A stretch of 64,000 nucleotides of DNA, from assembly GCF_006345805.1 (NCBI RefSeq), contig NC_043014.1, forward strand, positions 52,576,001 through 52,640,000, given 5' to 3'. The position numbers and the translations under genes were made by a program. Each line of letters starts with the position of its first letter. Position 1 is the first letter of the stretch. The DNA is from Octopus sinensis. Lineage: Eukaryota. This document shows positions 54,371 through 64,000 of this stretch, in pieces. The notes under the pieces are model-generated. The model was not told the DNA's origin. It saw only the letters and a list, made by a program, of their open reading frames with translations, and ran no database searches.

Positions 54371-54937
54371 CTATAGCCATAAGTCCTGTTGACGTCTGTG
54401 GACTCTGTCTTTACGATCAATCTATCTTCAATTTACACCCTACATCAACTCTGCGGTCTAACGTCCATTCAAAAACCTAAACTCCATTCCTGCCCTGGCT
54501 GCCTTTAAAAAAGAGAACAAAGACAAATTGTACAATGCGGTTCTTGGTCACACTGACCGAGAATTAAGATGGGGTGTTCACGACTAAAGCATTATTTGTC
54601 ATAGGGTTGCTACACGATCAAAGTTGACACGGGGCTAAAAAAATTATTATATCGTTTATTGACAATAAATTATTCTCTTGGTTAATATTTTTTACTCAAA
54701 TCACTCAGCTGTATTCTAATTATTTCAGATAAATAAACCAAAGCGTTTGCTGGCTGTGATATTTGGTTGACCAAGATACCACAGATTGTTTAGTAGGTAC
54801 TCTGAGAAAAAAAAATGGACCAAATAGATGAGAGAACGAAAGAAACACAGTAAGAGAAAGACACTGAAAGATGTTTGTCACTGCGAACTACAACAAGAAG
54901 TACAGCAACAACATTTTAAGACTACTTATTTTTCATT

Positions 54938-55022
<85 letters not shown>

Positions 55023-55427
55023 CAAGAACAGCACTAATAGCAGCGCCAAATGAAAGAACTAAATTTTTTATAGGAATAAAAGGAATTTAGAATAAGTTGC
55101 GTAGCCTTAAACTATCTACTTGAAACACGAAAAATATTAGGATCTCTCTACGCACCATCGCATCACTAGACTAAAATACAATGTCTGAAGTGTGTACTAG
55201 AGAAAATGATGCTCTACCTCCATTACACTACATTGCATAACACTAAACTCTTCTGTTCTACACTTCAAAACACCTCAGTACCTTTGCACTACATTAAACT
55301 AGCACGCACTGCACGAGTACACTGCATCCTAGAAAAACCACTTCACTTATTGCATAGAAAAACTGATTAACATCTCAAACATGTTCACCGTGCTCGACTA
55401 GCCATGCCAAAATTTCGCTTCTTCCAG

Positions 55428-55480
55428 TACAAAATGATAGTGATGTAGGTAGTGTAAGCAATAAAGCTTTGTTTAATTAA
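55428..55480 (+). CDS. Candidate terminal PDE9 exon (IQNDSDVGSVSNKALFN-stop)
   Basis: gcttcttccag acceptor, phase-1 compatible with the exon ending at 51572. No homology support; 53198-53226 is a competing candidate. Confidence 0.25.
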
Positions 55481-56130
55481 TTTTCGGGTTCTCTGTTTGT
55501 AAATCAACAATTCCCGTGGTGTCATGAATTTAGTAACGAACCGCTGAAAAATATTTTGCAAATGTGTCTTTGTGTGTAAAACTGCCGCTACTCAGATTAT
55601 CTACGTCACTTCCGTTTTGTACTGGAGGTGAAGGTCGGCCACATCGACTCTTCAAGGTGAACGTGTCTGAAAGGTTAACCAAGAAATATAGAGAGTTACA
55701 TAGATCTGTCAAACATTATAAAACCCCATAGAAAATGCACAGAGATTGCACTATGTTAACTACGTAGAACTATATAGTAACTATTTTGCAATACATACAT
55801 AGCTCTATAGAAATAGGTAACTGTGAAGAACTACGTAGATAATTATGTGGAAATACAGTATGTGGAAATACAGAGTAAACTATCCAGAATTACACAGAAA
55901 CTGAAGAAATGTCTACATTCCGTAGAAAACTGCATACAAATGGCACATCACTGGCTGGAAAACTTTAAAAAAACTACGGAAACCATACAGAGCTGCGAAG
56001 CTGCCCGTATGGAACTCTATGGAAAGTATACTGTACTAAATAAAAGATGCCTAAAACTACACTTAAAAATGCGTAGAAAACACAATACAGTCACACTCCA
56101 GCATTTCAACCCTCTCTACTTCTCTCTCTA

Positions 56131-56207
<77 letters not shown>

Positions 56208-56325
56208 CATGAAAAATATTTACAAGATAATCAACAACATTGGCATGTTTTGGACTGATTTGTTGGTTGTCAGAATCATTTTGTTATAAAAATACACATT
56301 ATACAACTAAAGTTTCGTTTATGCC

Positions 56326-56382
<57 letters not shown>

Positions 56383-56725
56383 TACTGAAGCACTCTTGTT
56401 GAGAATACTATTAGTTTTTGAAAAGTTTCAAAATATTATATGCATGAGGGCATGTGTATTATGTGTGTGTGAAAGGGAGAGAGATAGAGAGTGTATGTGT
56501 GTGTTTGTGTATATACGTGTAAGAATATTATATGTATTATGATGGATGCATAAATATACTCAAATATTTCTGTGTACAGACACACACATACTATATGTGT
56601 GTGTGTGTGTGTGTGTGCGTGCGTGCGTGCGTGTATATATGTATATATATATAATATTAGAGAGTATGGCTCCAAACTTACAGGGAAAAATTAGATTTAG
56701 TATTAAATCAAATTTCACAGTATAA

Positions 56726-56942
56726 ATATATAAAATATCAATTAGAGATAAAACCACTATTAGGCAACTCAAACAGTGATAGACATAAACCAATACATAA
56801 ATAACAAATAATACAAACATATATATATATATTTATTATATATTAATTATATTTGTATTATTTGTTATTTATGTATTAGTTATGTCTATCACTTTTGAGT
56901 TGCCTAATAGTGGTTTTATCTCTAATTCATATTTTATATATA
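56726..56942. repeat. Fold-back inverted repeat with AT-rich spacer
   Basis: attagagataaaaccactattaggcaactcaaa..gatagacataa versus its reverse complement at 56878-56925. Confidence 0.9.
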
Positions 56943-57012
56943 AATATATATAATAGGGAGTATAACTCCAAACTTACAGGGAAAAATTCAATTTAGTATT
57001 AAATCAAATTTC

Positions 57013-57061
<49 letters not shown>

Positions 57062-57249
57062 GTTTTTTGCGTAATGAGATAAAAAAAAACCAAGGCTGTG
57101 TAGATATTAGAACATTTATTAATAGAAGGTTTTACAGCTGTTTCCAGGATATAATTAACAAATATCCTGGAAACAGCTGTAAGACCTTCTATCAATAAAT
57201 GTTCTAATATCTACACAGCCTTGGTTTTTTATCTCATTGTGCAAAAAAT
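57062..57249. repeat. Fold-back of a PLE terminus centred on hammerhead stem II
   Basis: acagctgtttccaggatat-aattaacaa-atatcctggaaacagctgt; arms about 90 bp. Confidence 0.92.
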
Positions 57250-57397
57250 TCTTATATACACACGCTGACATATGACCAACGTTGAACCCCTTATTCGCAA
57301 AATTACCGAACCTGGAACTTAACTATGGTCTGTCTATAGCACTTATTCAGCATTACTTGACACCTTTGGGTCTCAATGACACCATTACCTCTTATAA

Positions 57398-57454
<57 letters not shown>

Positions 57455-57634
57455 ATAATAAATATTAGGGAATATATCCAAATTTACAGGGAAAAAAAAA
57501 TCAGATTTAGGATTAAATCCAATTTTATAGTAAAATATTATAAAATATTATTTGAGACAAAACCACTATTTTGCAAAACAAACAAGGAAAGACTTAATCA
57601 ATACATAAAATTTAATAAATAGTCAAAAAAACCG

Positions 57635-57677
57635 CCACTACAATCGTTTCTTGTCTTGATCGACAATCTTCAGGTGG
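57635..57677 (-). ncRNA. Minimal type I hammerhead ribozyme with intact core (43 nt)
   Basis: ccac-CTGAAGA-ttgtc-gatcaa-gacaa-GAAA-c-gatt-g-TA-gtgg. The basal stem II pair is U-A rather than G-C. Confidence 0.7.
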
Positions 57678-57824
57678 ACTTCCAATCTAAAAAATCAAAA
57701 TTTTAAAATATAAAAATAATACTTTTAAATAATTAAAGTATAAATGAAAAAATATAAGTATATAATCCATATATAACCTATATATAATCCATATCGAAAA
57801 TATAGACTAATTACCACGAATTCC

Positions 57825-57855
<31 letters not shown>

Positions 57856-57858
<3 letters not shown>

Positions 57859-58865
57859 ATGATAAAACAAAACTCTTAAAAACATATAACGATAAAATCT
57901 CCCTTTGCTAAACTCTATAACAAACCTATAAAGTAAACCCCCTAACCTAAACATTCACACACAAATACACACACGTAAAGCACAGACTCACGACTTATAC
58001 ACATACCTATACTAACTTATAAACCTCAATATACACCAAAACCCACTCCCTCCCCACACAGACAAATTAACACATACATCCCAAAACCTAAATAACAAAC
58101 CCATATACACATTCACACACAAAACACACACTCACACGCAAAACACTCACACACAAAAGATACATATACTCCCTCACATATACGCCTATACATACTCACT
58201 AAACTCGACATATACAACAATACTTACACACCCACAAAAAACATTAAATACATTTATGAGCTTTAACTCACCTTAGCATCTCTAACAAACAACTTGCAGT
58301 AACCCAATCCCATTCTCTATGCCTACCTCACTACTACACTATTCCATTCACATTCCAAGCAACGCTAGTCCACCACCCGGTTATTCACGTGGCAAAACGA
58401 ACACCACTCAAAAATTATGAATGAAACAATGTAAAAAAATAACCAACACCTAAAATAGACAAAATACCACAAATTACCTAAAAAAACCATGATAAACCAA
58501 AACTCATAAAAGCATATAACGATAAAATCTCCCTTTGCTAAACCCTATAACAAACTTATATAGCAATCCCCCTAACCTAAACATTCACACACAAAAAACC
58601 CACACATAAACCACAGACCCAAGACTTATACACAAACCTATACTAACTTATAAACCTCAATATACACCAAAAACCACTCCCTCCCCACACAGACAAATTA
58701 ACACATACATCCCAAATCCTAAATAACAAACCCAAATACACATTCACACACAAACACACACACACGCAAAACACACACACCAACAGATACATATGCTCCC
58801 TCACATATACGCATATACATACTCACTAAAACTCGATATATACAACAATATTTACACCCACACTC
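57856..58865 (+). repeat. Imperfect tandem duplication of a C/A-rich segment of about 390 bp (about 57856-58240 and 58482-58865), PLE pseudo-LTR-like
   Basis: aaaaaaccatgataaa..gataaaatctccctttgctaaa..aaacctcaatatacaccaaaa..ctccctcacatatacgc occurs twice. Confidence 0.85.
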
Positions 58866-59173
58866 ATACAGATAAATAAATTAATTATACAATTAAAAAC
58901 TCACAACCAATCTCATATACATAAACACTCTTATGAAAACAACAATAAATACATCGTAATTAACCAGAATATCAAAAATAACATTATGACATAAGGATAA
59001 ATCAAATACATACTTACAATTCAGTTACAAATTATGAAGTGAAATTAGATTCTTAGCCGTTAAAAACCAAACAAAATTACGTTACCATGGAAATAACTAA
59101 TGTAAAAAAAGAATACGCGCCATAGAAAGTAAACGTCATTCATAGTATGAATGGAGAAATATAATAAATTATA

Positions 59174-59469
59174 TATATTAGAAGAAGAAATGAGGTAATC
59201 AGAAGATCGGATGGTTTATATTTACAGATATTTATTTATGTATTACACTTTTTACATATATATCATATCACTTAGATCATTAGCGCTTTCTCCCATTCTA
59301 GTGGGGTTTTCAAATCAAAATGATTTTGATTTGAAAACCCCACTAGAATGGGAGAAAGCGCTAATGATCTAAGTGATATGATATATATGTAAAAAGTGTA
59401 ATACATACATAAATATCTGTAAATATAAACCATCCGATCTTCTGATTACCTCATTTCTTCTAATATATA
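59174..59469. repeat. Near-perfect palindrome with 1-nt centre at 59322, arms about 148 bp
   Basis: tagcgctttctcccattctagtggggttttcaaatcaaaat-g-attttgatttgaaaaccccactagaatgggagaaagcgcta. Confidence 0.95.
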
Positions 59470-59495
59470 ATACCTGTACATTATCTCCAAACCTT

Positions 59496-59590
<95 letters not shown>

Positions 59591-59614
59591 AATAAGTATA
59601 TATAGGTATATATA

Positions 59615-59662
<48 letters not shown>

Positions 59663-59719
59663 CATGCACGTATGTATGTATGTATGTATGTATGTATGTA
59701 TGTATGTATGTGTGTATGT

Positions 59720-60330
59720 ATAAAGAGTGCGGTGAATAAACTGTCCTCTAAATTATGCAGAAATGAAAATAACACTGATATCTCATTTTAACAGACATAT
59801 TTACTAAAATTACATAAAAATATCTTGAAATACTAAAGAGCAAATTTATTCAATAAAATCGCCATTGGCTTCAACCACGGCCCCCAGATGACTTCGGAAT
59901 CTCCTGCAACTCTTTTGAGCGGTCTGCTTGTTTACGTTGGTGAATGCAACCATAATCCTTGCCTTCAGTTCACTTTTGGTGCTACAAGGAGTTTTGCTGG
60001 TCTCTCGCTCAACTGCACCCCACAAATGATAATCAAAGGGGTTGCGGTCTGGGGAGTTAGGTGGTCAGTTGTTAGGAGTGATGTGGTCGCTGAAATTGTT
60101 TGACAGTCATGAATGGGTTCTCCTGCTTATGTGACATGGTGCAGAGTCCTTACAGGCATAGAGCCTTCCAGCAACCACTCTCTTGACCCAGGACAGCACT
60201 ACCTCCTCCAGGCACTTGATGTAGGCTTCCGTGTTGAGTCAGATGCCATGTAAGAAGATGAATGAAGGCATAACGTTGCCATCATTAGTGATCACTCAAA
60301 ACACCATGATGTTGACTGATGTTCGTACTG
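59720..60330 (-). mobile_element. Tc1/mariner DD37D (maT-type) 3' remnant
   Basis: Minus strand reads PPNSPDRNPFDYHLWGAVERETSKTPCSTKSELKARI..FRSHLGAVVEANGDFIE*. Confidence 0.82.
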
Positions 60331-60545
60331 AAGCTTCCCGCGTGAATGCCAAGCAGTATAGCATGTCGTTTCCAAATTTTTGGCTGAGTGGATTGCATCA
60401 TGATCCTGTTTTTCTCACATGCGGTGCCCAACCGACCCTACAATACTGTGTAGTCGACAAAATCAAAAACAAACAATACGCATAGGCTAAATTAAAAATA
60501 CAAAATGGCGATAATTTAACCGTCGCATCCTGTGCGATATATATA

Positions 60546-61645
60546 TCTTATATATAAATGGCAATTTCTGTCTGTCTGCTGTCTATCTGTCTGTCTGTTA
60601 CCATCTTGCTGCCTACACCAGCAAACCAATCCTGAAACTTTGCATATATGTTAAGCCAACATCCAGTTACATTTCAATAAAATCTATATTTTTCACCCTA
60701 CTTGGGGCTGTAGCACGTGTTTACAAATCAATAACACATTTGCTGATATAAATTAAGTAAGGCTTCTGTAAGGTTCAACCATGCACTCTTTCAAGTAAAC
60801 AACGTGCAAGCTTTGTGAGAACTCCTCAATTTTCCAAAAGGAAAACAATAGCTTTGAAGTACAAGAATGCGAAGCTACCGCGAAAGCGAGCAAAGTTTAG
60901 CTCTAAAACTGCACGCAGACGACAAATGCGGCGAAGACATTCACAGATATGCCATGCTCATGGAAAGATTGATTTTTTTTAAGAAGTTTAATCGATTAGA
61001 GTGGGTAAAGAATTTAAGTAATCTGGTCTTTGATTATCCTATTGTATAGCCCTACAAGTTTTGTTTCATATTTTGTGTACAATTATCTATTTGTAAATAT
61101 ATATGTAAATCTATTTGTAAATTTGCTTGTCAATATATTTGTAAATCTATCTATTTACGTAATTTATATTACTCAGATATTTGTTTGTTAAAATGATATA
61201 GGGGCATTCCTTATTCACCCACTAATCGAATTAATAGTTTGTAATACCTATTTTTAGCAATAAACTAATATCATAAGCGACAGGTGAACAGAAAACGGGA
61301 TAGGACATGGAACAGTGTAATTGTAAGTAAGAACTGGGGATGACCCCGCTTCCCCAGAATCACCTGTCAACACATTTATTTTACGCAGCTGCGTATTCGT
61401 TTGTTCAAATAATATGACATTCCTTATTCACCCACTAATCATATTAATAGTTTGTAATATTTATTTTTAGCAATAAACTATTGCCATAAAGGTTGATAAA
61501 ATATTTTTTGGCTTAATTTCATTAATTTATATATTGACATAGTGTTGGAGATAGGAATGGAAGTAGAACTAAAATGAGAACTGAACAGGGAACGGAAACT
61601 GGAAATAACCCCGCTTTTCCGGGTATTACGGGATAATTCAGCTGG
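60546..61645 (+). mobile_element. Non-autonomous Helitron
   Basis: A|TC ttatatataaa + (tctg)n 5' end; 3' hairpin cccg-cttttc-cggg then CTGG|T (CTRR). Internal duplication at 61205-61270 / 61420-61480. Confidence 0.72.
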
Positions 61646-61646
61646 T

Positions 61647-61838
61647 ATTCTCTTATTCTTTACTTGTTTCAGTCATTTGACTGCGACTATGCTGAGCACC
61701 GACTTTGGTCGAACAAAGTTACCCAAGGACTTATTCTTTGTAAGCTTTATTCTATCATTCCCTTTTGCTGAACTGCTAAGTTACGGGGGCATAAACACAC
61801 CAACATCGGTTGTCAAGCGATGGAAGGGGACAAACACA

Positions 61839-61881
<43 letters not shown>

Positions 61882-62045
61882 GTATATACGACGGGCTTCT
61901 TTCAGTTTCCACCTACCAAATCAACTCACAAGACTTTGGTCGGCCCGAGACTACAATAGAAGACACTTGCCCAAAGCGCCACACAATGAGTCTGAACTCG
62001 GAACCATGTGGTTTGGAAGTGAGCTTCTTACCACACAGCAACTTC
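61647..62045 (-). mobile_element. SINE family A
   Basis: Collinear with 27394-27863. Confidence 0.88.
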
Positions 62046-62605
62046 TAGTTTATATATATATATAAATAATTTAAAAATAGGATAATATCTTTATAAGAAT
62101 TTATCAAGTAGTTAGCGTGAAAAAACTGATAAGAGAAAAATTCACCAATTTTTTCTCTTAAATATATTTATTTATATTATATAGAAGGCATTACCATTCA
62201 TAAATGCCACACGCTATGGGGGGACTCTTAAAGTCAAAACTACCAAAATAATTAAACACATCGTACCGAGTGCGAGGGAATGCAAATCTCGAAACAAGCC
62301 ACTCCAAAAAAGAATTCAGCTGCAAATCACATGATTTCATAATTGGTACAGAAATGCACTTTTTAATCATCAGTGCAAGCATAATTCAAGATTTATAACG
62401 AATGAAGAAAAATCAACATACCAGACGAACAACCAATGTATCTAACATAGCATATAGAAATGTTCTATATATATACTCCGGTTAAATTTACAATTTAAAA
62501 ATAGGATAAAATCTTTATAAGAATTTATCAAGTAGTTAGCGTGAAATGCAGTTCGAAAGAGCCCGTCATTTACATAGATGTATGAAGGTTGAACATATGC
62601 ATATA

Positions 62606-62644
<39 letters not shown>

Positions 62645-62648
<4 letters not shown>

Positions 62649-62927
62649 AATTGCAGCGTGGAAGGTGTTTGTAAGCCATTTAAGAAACACACAAAAGCCG
62701 TTCAATTCACTTCAACATTTAATTTGTCAAAATATTTTCGTCGCTTTAAGACCGCGACCTGTTCACTGACAAAAATCCGTGCAGCACGGATTTTTGTCAG
62801 TGAGCGGGTCGCGGTCTTATAGCGACGAAAATATTTTGACATATTAAACTTAAATGTTGAAGTGAATTGAACGGCTTTTGTGTGTTTCTTAAATGGCTTA
62901 CAAACACCTTCCACGCTGCAATTGTTT
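62645..62927. repeat. Palindrome centred at 62783, arms about 140 bp
   Basis: cactgacaaaaatccgtgc-a-gcacggatttttgtcagtg; the arms extend to aaacaattgcagcgtgg / ccacgctgcaattgttt. Confidence 0.95.
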
Positions 62928-62978
62928 CCGTTCCAGCACACGATCTCAGATCAAATCACTTGCTATGCGAGTACATCG

Positions 62979-63193
<215 letters not shown>

Positions 63194-63285
63194 ATTTCAA
63201 CAATTGAGGGTAAAATTAATTAATTATTAATCAATTTCACCAAGTATTCAGTATGCAAAGGGACCATTTAAGGCGAATTCAAATT

Positions 63286-63688
63286 ATTACATTATATAAA
63301 AGGGCTTAGTAAAATAAATTACTTTGCCGCATACTGAACTCATTAGAAATAGTAGCTAAAAAAACTTTTTTAAAACTATTTCTAATACTTAAAGAAAACC
63401 TCTCTCATATAGTGTTTGCTCAATTCAACTCACGAAAGTATGGGGGTAAAGACATTAAAAAATCAAATGCAAAGGTTCTCAAATACGTTCTCAAATAACC
63501 TTTGGATTTGATTTTTTAATGTCTTTACCCCCATACTTTCGTGAGTTGAATTGAGCAAACACTATATGAGAGAGGTTTTCTTTAAGTATTAGAAATAGTT
63601 TTAAAAAAGTTTTTTTAGCTACTATTTCTAATGAGTTCAGTATGCGGCAAAGTAATTTATTTTACTAAGCCCTTTTATATAATGTAAT
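63286..63688. repeat. Fold-back with arms about 190 bp and a 19-bp spacer (63478-63496)
   Basis: attacattatataaaagggcttagt..caaaggtt / aacctttgg..actaagcccttttatataatgtaat, nearly identical arms. Confidence 0.95.
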
Positions 63689-63689
63689 A

Positions 63690-64000
<311 letters not shown>

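Noticed and set aside
55823-56212. 129-aa ORF
   Set aside because: It starts at GTG, comes from degenerate A-rich short repeats, ends in a microsatellite and shows no recognisable domain.

Overview
AT-rich, microsatellite-dense animal genomic DNA. The SINE, LINE and Penelope repertoire points to an octopus (coleoid cephalopod); this is an inference. The window holds one host gene: a + strand PDE9A-type cGMP phosphodiesterase with 13 exons located by hand (9137-51572). All 12 introns between them are GT-AG and the frame is continuous, giving 471 full codons from ..VSKVSLQSTDG.. to ..LHDDARK. The first exons were not found (probably upstream of the window) and the terminal exon is unresolved. 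The introns and flanks are filled with transposon relics: an RT-deleted Ty3/gypsy LTR element, a full-length mariner, several mariner and DD37D remnants, three R4/Dong-like restriction-like-endonuclease LINEs, RTE fragments, an internally deleted Helitron, a non-autonomous Helitron, Penelope-like element (PLE) pieces and at least three SINE families. The most interesting layer is PLE-derived RNA structure. There are several minimal type I hammerhead ribozyme motifs, one with an intact core in the sense strand of a PDE9 intron (38608-38694). There are also eight long fold-back inverted repeats, several centred on a hammerhead stem II, and one hammerhead whose stem-II (TAA)n loop was hit by a Dong LINE. 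Most long ORFs in the supplied track are microsatellite artefacts. There is no CRISPR array, rRNA or credible tRNA gene.
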